DNA of 64,000 nt. Source: Candidatus Buchananbacteria bacterium. Its GTDB lineage: Bacteria > Patescibacteriota > Patescibacteriia > 2-01-FULL-39-33. Of the stretch, positions 40,101 to 51,912 are shown piece after piece. The notes under the pieces are model-generated. The model saw only the letters and a list, made by a program, of their open reading frames with translations, was not told the DNA's origin and made no database searches. The stretch is from positions 1,988 to 65,987 of the forward strand of contig CAISTG010000036.1 of NCBI GenBank assembly GCA_903888345.1. The letters are read 5' to 3'. Each line of letters starts with the position of its first letter. Position 1 is the stretch's first letter. Position numbers and translations under genes: made by a program.

Positions 40101-41258
40101 ATGTTAATTACTATTGTTTTGTTTTTACTGGTTCTCTCTTTGCTAGTTTTCGTCCATGAGCTGGGCCACTTTTTAACGGCTCGGTTTTTTGGGGTGAAGT
40201 GCGAAGAGTTTGGGATGGGAATTCCGCCACGCGGCGTCGGTTTGCAAAAGCATCAGGGCAAATGGCGGTTGATTTGGGGTAATCGCGAGAATGTTCCCGG
40301 CGAGTCGATCATTTATTCACTTAATTGGATTCCGATTGGTGGGTTTGTTAAGATTAAGGGCGAAAATGGCGAAATGGAAAATGAAACTGATAGTTTTGGT
40401 TACAAACCAGTTTGGCAGCGCAATTTGATTTTAGCAGCTGGCGTAACCATGAATGTTTTATTGACGATCGTTTTATTGATGATTGGTTTTGCAATTGGGA
40501 TGCCTAGTTCGACTTCGAATTTAGAAGGAGGCATTATTGTTTCGAAACAGCAAGTGCAGATCGCTCAAGTAATTGAGAAGTCTCCGGCTCAGGCCGCTGA
40601 TTTACGAGTTGGTGATATCGTTTTGCAGGTTGATGGCCAAGAAATTAATAATAGCGAGCAATTACGAACAATTGTAATTGCCAAAGAAAATCAAGCAGTA
40701 AATTTTGTTATTGAGCGCAGCAACGATCAAATAGAAAAAACAATTACTCCAATTAAGATAGGAGAAAATATTGGAGTTGGCGTGGCGATTGCTGATTTAG
40801 GTACCGTGCGCTATCCGATTCATTTGGCTTTGTGGCAAGCGCTTAAAGCGACTTGGGGCTGGTTTATGATGATGATCTTAGCGATTGTCGCCTTAGTTAA
40901 ACAATTGTTTGGTGGACCAGGTGTAGGCGTGGAATTCGCTGGGCCGGTTGGCATCGCCGTTCTAACGGGTCAAGCGGCTAAATTAGGCTGGGTATATTTA
41001 TTGCAGTTTGCCGCCTTGTTATCACTTAACTTGGCGATCATTAATATCTTGCCGTTTCCCGCACTTGATGGCGGTCGCATTTTATTTTTAACAATCGGCA
41101 AAGTCCGGGGCAAAATGATTAGCTCTAAGTGGGAAAATGCCTCACATAATATCGGCTTTATTCTACTAATGGTATTGATTCTCTTTATCACTTATCGTGA
41201 TTTAGTAAAATACGGCGCGAAGATTTTGTCGGTCTTAATGCGGGCCGTTGGATTATAA
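40101..41258 (+). CDS. rseP: RIP metalloprotease RseP
   Basis: HELGH, PIGGFV, PDZ domain, NILPFPALDGG. Confidence 0.95.
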   Translation: MLITIVLFLLVLSLLVFVHELGHFLTARFFGVKCEEFGMGIPPRGVGLQKHQGKWRLIWGNRENVPGESIIYSLNWIPIGGFVKIKGENGEMENETDSFGYKPVWQRNLILAAGVTMNVLLTIVLLMIGFAIGMPSSTSNLEGGIIVSKQQVQIAQVIEKSPAQAADLRVGDIVLQVDGQEINNSEQLRTIVIAKENQAVNFVIERSNDQIEKTITPIKIGENIGVGVAIADLGTVRYPIHLALWQALKATWGWFMMMILAIVALVKQLFGGPGVGVEFAGPVGIAVLTGQAAKLGWVYLLQFAALLSLNLAIINILPFPALDGGRILFLTIGKVRGKMISSKWENASHNIGFILLMVLILFITYRDLVKYGAKILSVLMRAVGL

Positions 41259-41287
41259 AAAAACCTGACGAGATAACTCGGCAGGTT
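41256..41287. terminator. Terminator between rseP and C7
   Basis: AACCTG.CGAG-ATAA-CTCG.CAGGTT with an A run. Confidence 0.75.
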
Positions 41288-41299
41288 GAAGGATCAAAA

Positions 41300-41578
41300 T
41301 TAAGCTTTAGAGTCTGGCGTCCGTTCAAAGACGACTAGAACAGATATTGAGGCGGTGGCAGTATCGGGCAAAACAGTAGTGTCATGAATTAGCCAGCCGT
41401 TTTCTTCAGCTTCCGTATTAATATTGTCGTGAATGTTGGTTTTGGTGCCAGTAATTACTTTGGAAAAACGTAACGGAACCAGCTTATTAACCGCCGCTTT
41501 GTTACCCCCGCCCCAATTGCGGTCTCTACTATTAGTGGCAACAGGATGTTTCAACTCAATAAAAGCCGTCTCGGCCAT
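41300..41578 (-). CDS. Orphan small protein (C7)
   Basis: AAGGAG SD. Confidence 0.65.
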   Translation of the reverse strand: MAETAFIELKHPVATNSRDRNWGGGNKAAVNKLVPLRFSKVITGTKTNIHDNINTEAEENGWLIHDTTVLPDTATASISVLVVFERTPDSKA

Positions 41579-41602
41579 TGGTATCTCCTTTTGGTAGGGC
41601 TA

Positions 41603-41857
41603 TCAGCCGGTGGGTTCAAGAATGTTGAGAAATTTTTTCAGTTCGTTGAGAAAATCCATCCCCATTTGCCGTATGGCGGAGATAGCGATATTGGGAAACA
41701 TTTCGCGTAGCAGAGAATACATTTCTATTTCCGCTCGGTCTTCGGCATGGTACTGACGTTGCTCAGCATCAGCGGCGATAATCTTTGGTTCGAAATAATC
41801 GCAAATCCTTCTGGCAATCGCAATCTGTTCCCAGCCAATCAGTTGTCTCTCAGCCAT
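41603..41857 (-). CDS. Orphan small protein (C7)
   Basis: CAACCAACAAGGAG leader. Confidence 0.7.
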   Translation of the reverse strand: MAERQLIGWEQIAIARRICDYFEPKIIAADAEQRQYHAEDRAEIEMYSLLREMFPNIAISAIRQMGMDFLNELKKFLNILEPTG

Positions 41858-41915
41858 GATTCGTCTCCTTGTTGGTTGTTAAAACTTAGTGTAAAGGGCT
41901 TAAACTTAATTACTT

Positions 41916-41944
41916 AGCTTAGCAGTAAATCAATAAAATGTCAA
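41916..41944 (-). promoter_or_regulatory. sigma70 promoter of C7
   Basis: TTGACA-17-TAAGCT with TG. Confidence 0.75.
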
Positions 41945-41954
41945 TACGTGACAA

Positions 41955-42074
41955 GTCATTCCGCAACGCAGCAGTGTCATTCCGGACTTGATCCGGAATC
42001 TCGTTTCGACTCAATTCCTCTAGGCTCAGATTCCGGGTCAAGCCCGGAATGACAGCTGAAACGGCTGGAATGAC
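41955..42074. repeat. Nested REP-like palindrome (doublet inside an outer GTCATTCC/GGAATGAC pair)
   Basis: GTCATTCC...TGTCATTCCGGACTTGATCCGGAATC...GATTCCGGGTCAAGCCCGGAATGACA...GGAATGAC. Confidence 0.9.
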
Positions 42075-42112
42075 GAGAAGAGTGTATTTAATATTAATTC
42101 TAATTAAATTGT

Positions 42113-42472
42113 ATGAAAATATCAGTCATTAATAATTTAGATCCGGTAATGGTGTTGCGTCGCGCTGGCTATGGCCAAGTAATGGATCGACGAGCAACGG
42201 AAATTAGTTATAATCGCCGGTTAGGTTCTGGCTTTTATCCGCGTTTTCATGCGTATATCAACGGAACGGTCATCAATCTTCATCTAGACCAGAAGCAGGC
42301 AAGCTATGAGGGTTCTAGCGCTCATAGCGGCGAGTATGACGGCGATACGGTGGAGACTGAGGGACAGCGGATTATTGAGTCAATGACGCGGTTAGCTAGT
42401 GAAAATCAGACTGCAGAAAACACTCCGGAACCGACAGAAAAGAGCGGCTTTTGGGGTAGAATGTTCAGCTAG
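42113..42472 (+). CDS. Hypothetical protein
   Basis: Core-type ORF; YPRFHAY, LHLDQK, HSGEYDG motifs. Confidence 0.75.
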   Translation: MKISVINNLDPVMVLRRAGYGQVMDRRATEISYNRRLGSGFYPRFHAYINGTVINLHLDQKQASYEGSSAHSGEYDGDTVETEGQRIIESMTRLASENQTAENTPEPTEKSGFWGRMFS

Positions 42473-42529
42473 ACCGGCGCTTTGACATTAATCATTAAAA
42501 AGACTAAAATACCCTCATAAATTCAATCT

Positions 42530-43756
42530 ATGCGCCAATCAAAATTATTCCCTAAAACCATTAAAATCGCCCCTAAAGACGCGACTAGTGCTAGCCATAA
42601 ATATTTGGTTCAAGCCGGTTTTGTCGACATGCTTCAGGCCGGAGCTTATACTTATTTGCCTTTAGCCTGGCGCGTGATTACTAATATTAATAAAATCGTT
42701 CGTGAAGAAATGAACGCCGAAGGCGGACAAGAGTTATTAATGCCAGCTTTGCAATCGAGAAGTATCTGGGACGAGACAGGACGCTGGGACGGATCGCTGA
42801 GCGATGTGATGTATCAGTTTAAGGATGCTAGTGGTAAGGACCTAGGACTCGCCGCTACACACGAAGAAGTGGTTTATGATTTGATGCGCAAGTTTATTAA
42901 TTCGTATAAAGATTTGCCATTAGCAGTATATCAAATTCAGAATAAATTTCGGGCGGAATTACGACCGAAGGGCGGCTTAATGCGCGGTCGGGAGTTTATG
43001 ATGAAAGACTTGTATAGTTTTCATTTGACGCTGGAAGATTTAAATGGCTATTATCAAAAAATGATCGCCGCTTACTTGAGAGTTTATGGCCGTTGTGGCT
43101 TAGACGCTAAAGTAGTAGAAGCTTCTGGTGGTGTCTTCACCGATAATTTTTCGCATGAATTTCAAATAGTCTCGGATGCCGGAGAAGATCGAATTCTGTA
43201 TTGCGACGGTTGCGACTTTGCGCAAAATACTGAAATTTCCAAATTAAAGGCAGGTGATAAATGTCCGAAGTGTGGTTTGCCGATTAAAGAGGGTAAGAGT
43301 ATTGAAGTTGGAAACATTTTTAATTTCGGTGAAAAGTATGCCAAGGACATGAACGGTTATGTTAATGATGCTCAGGGTAACAAACAACCAATCTGGATGG
43401 CATCTTACGGTATTGGCATTTCTCGTTTGGTGGCGACGATCGTCGAGAAGTATCATGATGAGAAGGGAATGATTTGGCCAGAAGCGGTAGCCCCATTTAA
43501 AATTCATTTGATTTCAATTAAGAAGGATGAGGCCGCGGAAAAAATTTATGATCAGTTAGTAGCGGCCGGCGTGGAAGTTTTATTTGATGATCGTGATCTT
43601 TCGGCTGGTGCAAAATTTGCTGATGCTGATTTGATCGGTTTGCCGTGGCGCGTCGTTGTCAGTGAAAAAACTGGTGATCAGGTTGAAGTCAAAAAACGCC
43701 ATCAAACCGAGAGTAGCTTAATAGCGTTAACTGAATTGTTAGATCAATTAAAATAA
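42530..43756 (+). CDS. proS: Proline--tRNA ligase, short form without the INS editing domain
   Basis: MRQSKLF, THEE, KFRAELRPKGGLMRGREFMMKD, SYGIGISR; promoter TTGACA-17-TAAAAT at 42482. Confidence 0.95.
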   Translation: MRQSKLFPKTIKIAPKDATSASHKYLVQAGFVDMLQAGAYTYLPLAWRVITNINKIVREEMNAEGGQELLMPALQSRSIWDETGRWDGSLSDVMYQFKDASGKDLGLAATHEEVVYDLMRKFINSYKDLPLAVYQIQNKFRAELRPKGGLMRGREFMMKDLYSFHLTLEDLNGYYQKMIAAYLRVYGRCGLDAKVVEASGGVFTDNFSHEFQIVSDAGEDRILYCDGCDFAQNTEISKLKAGDKCPKCGLPIKEGKSIEVGNIFNFGEKYAKDMNGYVNDAQGNKQPIWMASYGIGISRLVATIVEKYHDEKGMIWPEAVAPFKIHLISIKKDEAAEKIYDQLVAAGVEVLFDDRDLSAGAKFADADLIGLPWRVVVSEKTGDQVEVKKRHQTESSLIALTELLDQLK

Positions 43757-43777
43757 AAAACCAGTCGAGTGACTGGT
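43755..43777. terminator. Terminator between proS and C8
   Basis: ACCAGTC-GAGT-GACTGGT with an A run. Confidence 0.75.
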
Positions 43778-43803
43778 GGTGATTAAGGTGCGTTAGAGTA
43801 ATT

Positions 43804-44130
43804 TTATGCTTCGTCTTCCGGTAGATAGACTTGTCCTTGCTTGCAGAGCGACTGGCCTTGAAAGATCGATTTTTCTTTGTGCCGGAAATAGCCGTCATTG
43901 CAGCCGTTTTGGGCCTTCATCATTCGGCGAAATTTCTTGCTGCGTCGGCTGCGGCTCCAAGGCTTGGTTGATTGCCCATTAAACTTGTGATTTTCGCGAA
44001 CGAGCCTGAAGCTGCCGTCTGGTTGGCTGACTTTTCGGAAGACGCGTTCACCAATAATTACAATTGGAGAGTCGCCATAACCGCGACCGGAGAGGTGGTG
44101 TAGCTTTTTCTTTGTCAACGTTTGAGGCAT
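43804..44130 (-). CDS. Basic orphan protein (C8)
   Basis: CAACCACCAAGGAG leader; promoter TTGACA-17-TAGATT at 44202-44174. Confidence 0.7.
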   Translation of the reverse strand: MPQTLTKKKLHHLSGRGYGDSPIVIIGERVFRKVSQPDGSFRLVRENHKFNGQSTKPWSRSRRSKKFRRMMKAQNGCNDGYFRHKEKSIFQGQSLCKQGQVYLPEDEA

Positions 44131-44210
44131 GCAGTACTCCTTGGTGGTTGAAACAACTAAAATTCGTTATTACAATCTAGCAGATAACTTATATATTGTC
44201 AATAGCTATT

Positions 44211-45251
44211 ATGATTTTCAAAAAATTTTTCGGTAAATTAAATAAGGGCCTGGGTATTGATTTGGGCAGTTGTAATACGCTCGTTTTTCAACGTGATCGC
44301 GGTATTGTGATTAATGAATCGTCGGTGGTGGCGATTAATAATCGTACCGATCAGATTTTGGCAATCGGTGATGAAGCGAGAAGAATGCTGGGCAAGACCC
44401 CGCCGCATATTACAGCGACGAAGCCACTTGAATTCGGAATTATTTCTGATTTTGAGGTCGCCGAAAAAATGATTAAATATTTTACTAATAAAGTTAATAC
44501 CTCTCGCTTTTCTTTTTCAGCGATGCCGCGAATTGTCGTGGGTGTGCCACTGGATGTAACGGCCGTAGAAAAAAAAGCGGTTGAAGATGTTCTCTTAGCT
44601 GCCGGTGCCAGCCAAGTGTATATGGTAGAAAATATTATGGCCACGGCAATTGGCGCACGTATTCCGATTCAGGATCCGACCGGCAATATGGTGGTTAATA
44701 TTGGTGGTGGCTTAACAGAAGTAGCGGTTATTTCCTTAGATGGTATCGTTAACTTTAAATCATCTCGCGTTGCTGGCTTGGCGATGGACCGCGATATTAT
44801 TAATTTTGCGCGTGATGAATTTAGTTTAGTCTTAGGTGAAATGGTAGCGGAAGATATCAAGAAAAAAATCGGCTCCGCAGCGATTCTTAAAGAACAATTA
44901 GAAATGCCGATGCGTGGTCGTGATATTTTATCCGGTTTACCACGAGAAGCGCGGGCCCATGATGGCCAAATTCGCGAAGCAATCTCTAAGTCAGTTTTAA
45001 AAATTCTTGATACCATTAAAGCCACTTTAGAAACGACGCCTCCAGAACTAGTCGCCGATATTTATCAAAAGGGCATATATTTAACTGGCGGATCAGCGCA
45101 GTTGAAAGAGTTGGATGTGTTAATTTCGCGTTCCATTGAGATTCCTGTTCATATTGCCGACGACCCACAGACCTGCGCAGTGCGTGGTATGGGCGTCTTG
45201 CTCGATGACGAGGCCTTATTAAAAGATATTGTTTTGCCGACTTCGCAGTAA
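44211..45251 (+). CDS. mreB: MreB paralog 2 (in the mreBCD operon), divergent catalytic residues
   Basis: GIDLGSCN, VNIGGGLTE, GRDILSGLP, TPPELVADI; ATG 44211. Confidence 0.9.
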   Translation: MIFKKFFGKLNKGLGIDLGSCNTLVFQRDRGIVINESSVVAINNRTDQILAIGDEARRMLGKTPPHITATKPLEFGIISDFEVAEKMIKYFTNKVNTSRFSFSAMPRIVVGVPLDVTAVEKKAVEDVLLAAGASQVYMVENIMATAIGARIPIQDPTGNMVVNIGGGLTEVAVISLDGIVNFKSSRVAGLAMDRDIINFARDEFSLVLGEMVAEDIKKKIGSAAILKEQLEMPMRGRDILSGLPREARAHDGQIREAISKSVLKILDTIKATLETTPPELVADIYQKGIYLTGGSAQLKELDVLISRSIEIPVHIADDPQTCAVRGMGVLLDDEALLKDIVLPTSQ

Positions 45252-45283
45252 GTAAAATATTTTTTAAATTTTAGTATTTATTT

Positions 45284-46081
45284 ATGCTGGAGAAAATTAT
45301 TAAATCAGCAATCTATGGATTAACGGCAATTTTACTTGCCGTCTTTTTTCACTATATCGGTTGGTTAAGGCCGGTAGAAAATATCTTTGTCACGGTGCTG
45401 TCACCGTTGCAGGGTTTGGTCTCGGTTGGCTCCCGGAGCACTGGCGGCTTTTATGACAGTTGGCTGCGCAAGCGCGATCTGTTAGCTGAAAATCAAAAAC
45501 TACAGAACGATTTAATCAAGATGTCGATTGACGCTTCGAAGTTGAAAGCTTTGGAAGAGGAAAATGTTATTCTGCGTAAAGAGTTAAATTTTATTGATGA
45601 GAAAAAATATAAATTCGTGGCCTCCAAGATTATTACTGGTGTTTCTGATCCTTTGTCGCAATCAGTCATTATTAATCGCGGTGCGCGCGATGGTATTGAA
45701 AAGGGTTTAGCGGTAATTGCTGAAGGTGGAGTTTTGGTTGGAAAGGTGATTGAGGTTAATCAGGATTATTCCAAAGTTCTATTGTTGTCGGACAATAAAA
45801 GTCGCGTGGCCGCTACCATTCAGAATCTGGATCATACCGTTGGTTTAGTGGAAGGCCAGTATGGCTTATCCTTTGCCATGACCAACATTCCGCAGAATCA
45901 GGACGTTAAAGAGGGTGATTTAGTGGTCACTTCCGGCCTAGAAGGTAAAATCCCGAAAGATTTATTGATTGCGAAAGTCGAAACCATTAAGGCAGTTGAA
46001 AGTGAAATTTTTAAAACGGCATTACTAACACCGATCGTGGTCTTGGATAATTTAAGTAATGTCATTGTCATAATTCCTTAG
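45284..46081 (+). CDS. mreC: Rod shape-determining protein MreC
   Basis: Coiled coil, IINRGARDG, GVLVGKV, GDLVVTSGL. Confidence 0.92.
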   Translation: MLEKIIKSAIYGLTAILLAVFFHYIGWLRPVENIFVTVLSPLQGLVSVGSRSTGGFYDSWLRKRDLLAENQKLQNDLIKMSIDASKLKALEEENVILRKELNFIDEKKYKFVASKIITGVSDPLSQSVIINRGARDGIEKGLAVIAEGGVLVGKVIEVNQDYSKVLLLSDNKSRVAATIQNLDHTVGLVEGQYGLSFAMTNIPQNQDVKEGDLVVTSGLEGKIPKDLLIAKVETIKAVESEIFKTALLTPIVVLDNLSNVIVIIP

Positions 46082-46083
46082 TT

Positions 46084-46602
46084 ATGAAGAGTGAAAAAAT
46101 TTGGCTGGTTGTTTTATTAATCTCAGCTATTCTGGCGCAATTCGCTCTGGAGAATAGTTTTAGTTTTTTGGGTGGGAAAATAAATTTGATTCTGGTGGCA
46201 CTGGTAGTTTTAATTAACTTAATGGATTTTTCCTTTGTTATAATTTTTGCGGTTATTGCTGGTTTGATTTTGGATATTTATTCTGGTTTGCCGTTTGGCT
46301 TAATTAGTTTATCACTATTTTTGACGGCCCTCTTAGGTGAGTTGCTGTTTGTTAATTTTTTTACTAATTTCTCTTTTTATTCGCTACTCATTATGGGTTT
46401 CTTGGCGGCCGTGTTTTATCATTTGTTGTTTTCATTGTTAGTGGTCGGCAGTTACTTTGTCGGTTTAAGTGATTTTCTGCCTAAGCTAACTGATTTTTAT
46501 GGTCTTCTGTGGCAAGTGTTGAGCGCTGAGGTTTTGATGGTCTTAGCCTATTATTTGGTCAATATGTTATCAAAGCGCTTTAAACCGATATTTTTAAGAT
46601 AG
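46084..46602 (+). CDS. mreD: Rod shape-determining protein MreD
   Basis: Polytopic membrane protein, GLILDIYSG..FG; position. Confidence 0.8.
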   Translation: MKSEKIWLVVLLISAILAQFALENSFSFLGGKINLILVALVVLINLMDFSFVIIFAVIAGLILDIYSGLPFGLISLSLFLTALLGELLFVNFFTNFSFYSLLIMGFLAAVFYHLLFSLLVVGSYFVGLSDFLPKLTDFYGLLWQVLSAEVLMVLAYYLVNMLSKRFKPIFLR

Positions 46603-46606
46603 TGGC

Positions 46607-48514
46607 ATGAATAATCCTTTTAAACAATTAGAGCCGATCGATCTAAATCGGAAGAGCTCTCGGGGCTGGGTAGAAACCAGTTGTGACTTGACCGGCGATT
46701 GCAGTAGCGGCGTCGAGGCGGGATTTTTGAGTTTATCGCTGAGCCGTTCCAAGATTATTGGTTTTTTTGCCGTCATCTTTTTGATTATTGGAGTCTTATT
46801 AGTAAAAAGTTTTTATTTACAAATTATTAGTGGTAATAAGTATTATGCTTTAGCCGAAAATAATCGTATTAAGGTTGATTATAATAAGGCGCATCGTGGA
46901 ATTTTTGTTGATCGTAATGGCAAAGTCTTAGTTAATAATCTTTTTGGCTTTACGATTTCATTATTGCCGGCTGATTTGCCTAAGGCGGCCGATAAAAAGG
47001 AACAGCAGTTGCGTGATTTGGCGGCCATTATCGGTTTGCCGTATGAGGAAATTACTGCTCGTTTAGTGGGCTCAGAAAAACGTTTTTTTCAGCCGATCTT
47101 ATTGCGGGCCGGCATTCCTTATGATCAGGCCATGATTATTAAGATTAAGGCTGAAGAATTGCCGGGCGTAGAATTGAGTGTTGATGCTTGGCGCTTGTAT
47201 CCTTATAGTGAGTCCATGTCGCATCTCTTGGGCTATATTGGTAAAATCGATAGTGACGAGTATCAGAAGTTATCAGCCGATTATCTGCTCGATGATAATA
47301 TTGGTAAGGCCGGATTGGAACAACAATATGAAACGAGACTAAAAGGAGTTAATGGTGAAACGCGGGTGGAAGTTGATGCCTTGGGTCGCAGAAAAAAAAT
47401 TATATCTCAAAGTCAACCAGTCGCTGGCAGCAATATCGTGCTCTCCATTGATGTTGATCTTCAGGAAAAACTTTATGCGATTTTTAAAGAAAAAATTCCG
47501 ACGGGTCGGGGAGCGGCCATTGTTACCAATTGTTCTAATGGAGAAATTTTAGCTTTAGTTGATTATCCGAGCTACGATAATAATTTGTTTACAGGCGGTA
47601 TCAGCCAAACTGAATATAAAAAGTTATTAGATGATGAGCGGAAGCCGTTATTTGGCCGGGCGATTTTCGGTGAGTATCCCTCGGGTTCGACCGTTAAGAT
47701 CGTAATGTCATCGGGCGCGTTGCAAGAAGGCATCGTGACCAAAAATACCACCGTCAACTCGACTGGCGGTTTGCATGTTGGTCAGTGGACTTTCCCTGAT
47801 TGGAAAGCGGGCGGTCATGGCGTCACTAATGTCACTAAGGCCATTGCGATGTCAGTCAATACTTTCTTCTATTATATTGGTGGCGGCTATGGTGACTTTA
47901 AGGGTTTAGGAATTGATAAGATTGTTAAATATTTTAAGATGTTCGGCTTAGGTGAAAAAACTGGCATCGATTTACCGGGTGAGCGTAAGGGTTTTGTGCC
48001 GACACCGGAATGGAAGAAGAATGTTAGAAATGAAGTTTGGTATATTGGCGACACTTATCATGTTTCCATTGGTCAAGGTGATTTACTGGTGACGCCACTA
48101 CAAGTTAATAATTATACAGTCGCCGTCGCTAATGGTGGGCATCTGTTGACGCCGCATTTAGCAATCGGTAGTGTTGACGCCAGCGGCAATAAACAACTTT
48201 TTAATTATCCAGAAATTAGAGATGTAGCGGTTAGTGCAGAAAACTTAAAAATTGTGCGTGAAGGTATGCGCGAAACAGTGACCGCTGGTTCGGCGCAAAG
48301 CTTGAAAAATATCCCCGTGGCTGTGGCTGGTAAAACTGGAACCGCTCAATGGAGTGAGACTAAAAACAACCATGCCTGGTTCACCGCTTTTGCCCCCTAC
48401 GACAATCCAAATTTCTGTATTACTGTTCTAGTAGAAGAGGGCGGGGAAGGGTCTTCAATCGCCGTACCGATCGCTAGAGAGGCTCTGCAATGGTGGTTTT
48501 CTGGGAAAAAATAG
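46607..48514 (+). CDS. mrdA: Penicillin-binding protein 2
   Basis: RGIFVDRNG, GSTVK (SxxK), SVN, KTGT. Confidence 0.93.
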   Translation: MNNPFKQLEPIDLNRKSSRGWVETSCDLTGDCSSGVEAGFLSLSLSRSKIIGFFAVIFLIIGVLLVKSFYLQIISGNKYYALAENNRIKVDYNKAHRGIFVDRNGKVLVNNLFGFTISLLPADLPKAADKKEQQLRDLAAIIGLPYEEITARLVGSEKRFFQPILLRAGIPYDQAMIIKIKAEELPGVELSVDAWRLYPYSESMSHLLGYIGKIDSDEYQKLSADYLLDDNIGKAGLEQQYETRLKGVNGETRVEVDALGRRKKIISQSQPVAGSNIVLSIDVDLQEKLYAIFKEKIPTGRGAAIVTNCSNGEILALVDYPSYDNNLFTGGISQTEYKKLLDDERKPLFGRAIFGEYPSGSTVKIVMSSGALQEGIVTKNTTVNSTGGLHVGQWTFPDWKAGGHGVTNVTKAIAMSVNTFFYYIGGGYGDFKGLGIDKIVKYFKMFGLGEKTGIDLPGERKGFVPTPEWKKNVRNEVWYIGDTYHVSIGQGDLLVTPLQVNNYTVAVANGGHLLTPHLAIGSVDASGNKQLFNYPEIRDVAVSAENLKIVREGMRETVTAGSAQSLKNIPVAVAGKTGTAQWSETKNNHAWFTAFAPYDNPNFCITVLVEEGGEGSSIAVPIAREALQWWFSGKK

Positions 48515-48517
48515 GAG

Positions 48518-48559
48518 TTTTCCACAGTCCTTGACATTATATTTAGGCTATGATATTAT
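48518..48559 (+). promoter_or_regulatory. greA promoter with an adjacent DnaA-like box
   Basis: TTTTCCACA-4-TTGACA-17-TATTAT. Confidence 0.7.
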
Positions 48560-48635
48560 ATTAACTATAAATTTCTCAAATGCCTAACGGAAGGTGTTTT
48601 TAAATTGTATTAAAAATTAACTACTTTATTATAGT

Positions 48636-49094
48636 ATGAGCGACAATTATATCTCCACTGCGGGATTGAAAAAAGTTAAAGAAGAGCTAGAAAAACTCAA
48701 GGCGATTGATCGTCCTGAGGTTATTGATCGTATCGCCAAAGCACGTGAGTTGGGCGATCTTTCCGAGAATGCTGAGTATCATGATGCCCGCGAGAAACAA
48801 AGTTTCATCGAGGGTCGCATTATGGAATTGGAGAATGCGGTTAAGGATGCTGTGATCATCAAAGTCAAACAATCAGACGTTATCCAAATCGGATCAACCG
48901 TCCACGCCACTTGCGATAATGGCATGGAGGTCAAATATACTATTGTCGGACACAGTGAAGCGAGTCCGGCTGAGGGAAGAATTTCTCATCAGTCACCTTT
49001 AGGCATGGCCTTTTTGGGTAAAGGAATCGGTCACGAATTCGAATTAAAGATTCCGGCTGGCACTTTGAAATGTAAAATTAATCACATCGAATAA
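48636..49094 (+). CDS. greA: Transcription elongation factor GreA
   Basis: ARELGDLSENAEY, ISHQSPLG. Confidence 0.96.
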   Translation: MSDNYISTAGLKKVKEELEKLKAIDRPEVIDRIAKARELGDLSENAEYHDAREKQSFIEGRIMELENAVKDAVIIKVKQSDVIQIGSTVHATCDNGMEVKYTIVGHSEASPAEGRISHQSPLGMAFLGKGIGHEFELKIPAGTLKCKINHIE

Positions 49095-49116
49095 ACAACC
49101 AATAGGAGGTTTGCTC

Positions 49117-49521
49117 ATGGCAACGGACAATCAGGATGATTATCAGGATTATGAGTTGAGGTCAGGCGAGACATTTGAAGAATTTGTTCGGCGTTTGATA
49201 ATTTTAGAGATTGCCAAAAAGAGCTTATTGGTCTTTCTCTGGCAGTTGCAACAAAAAATCGCTATACAGCAAAAAGCTGAGGCGGTTGTGGCGGCAGCGG
49301 AATTACTGAAGGGTTTTCGTAGTTATGCTCAACTGATTCCCACTGATGTCTTTGATGAACTGACGACCATGATGTTGGCTCTCGTTAAGGCGCTCTCGGC
49401 CACAGACGAAGTCGAACGGCGTCAGGCCATGCTCGTAGTAGAAATCTGGCATGACAGCAAGCCCAAAGTTGTTTTGGATTTGCCTCGGTTGCGGCAACTG
49501 GTATTTAATGTGACTTTGTAA
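49117..49521 (+). CDS. Helical orphan protein (C9, appended to greA)
   Basis: CAACCAATAGGAGGT leader before ATG 49117. Confidence 0.65.
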   Translation: MATDNQDDYQDYELRSGETFEEFVRRLIILEIAKKSLLVFLWQLQQKIAIQQKAEAVVAAAELLKGFRSYAQLIPTDVFDELTTMMLALVKALSATDEVERRQAMLVVEIWHDSKPKVVLDLPRLRQLVFNVTL

Positions 49522-49528
49522 TTAAATC

Positions 49529-49580
49529 AAAAAACCGTCCGACTCTAGTTAAGACTAACTAGTAGCGGACGGTCTTTTTT
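49529..49580. terminator. Bidirectional terminator between C9 and gyrB
   Basis: ACCGTCCG...CGGACGGT flanked by A and T runs. Confidence 0.85.
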
Positions 49581-49584
49581 ATTT

Positions 49585-51663
<2,079 letters not shown>

Positions 51664-51699
51664 TTACTAATTACGAATTAAAAATTTAATTATTTTGCT

Positions 51700-51771
51700 A
51701 AATTTAAACATATTATTATAATAATATCTGTCGGTCCGCCACGGCGGATTCCGACAGTAAGTGTTTAAATT
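51700..51771 (-). promoter_or_regulatory. Nested hairpin in the gyrB leader
   Basis: AATTTAAACA/TGTTTAAATT enclosing CTGTCGG-TCCGCCACGGCGGA-CCGACAG. Confidence 0.5.
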
Positions 51772-51912
51772 AAGACTTTTCCACAACCTAATTTTAGCAT
51801 ATTTTTGCATTTTCAACAAGCTACTTGTTGCTTGCTTTTACTTCTTAAATATCGTAAGATTTAAGTGTTTTAATCGTACATTTATTCATACCGAATAGGA
51901 GGATAATATCTT

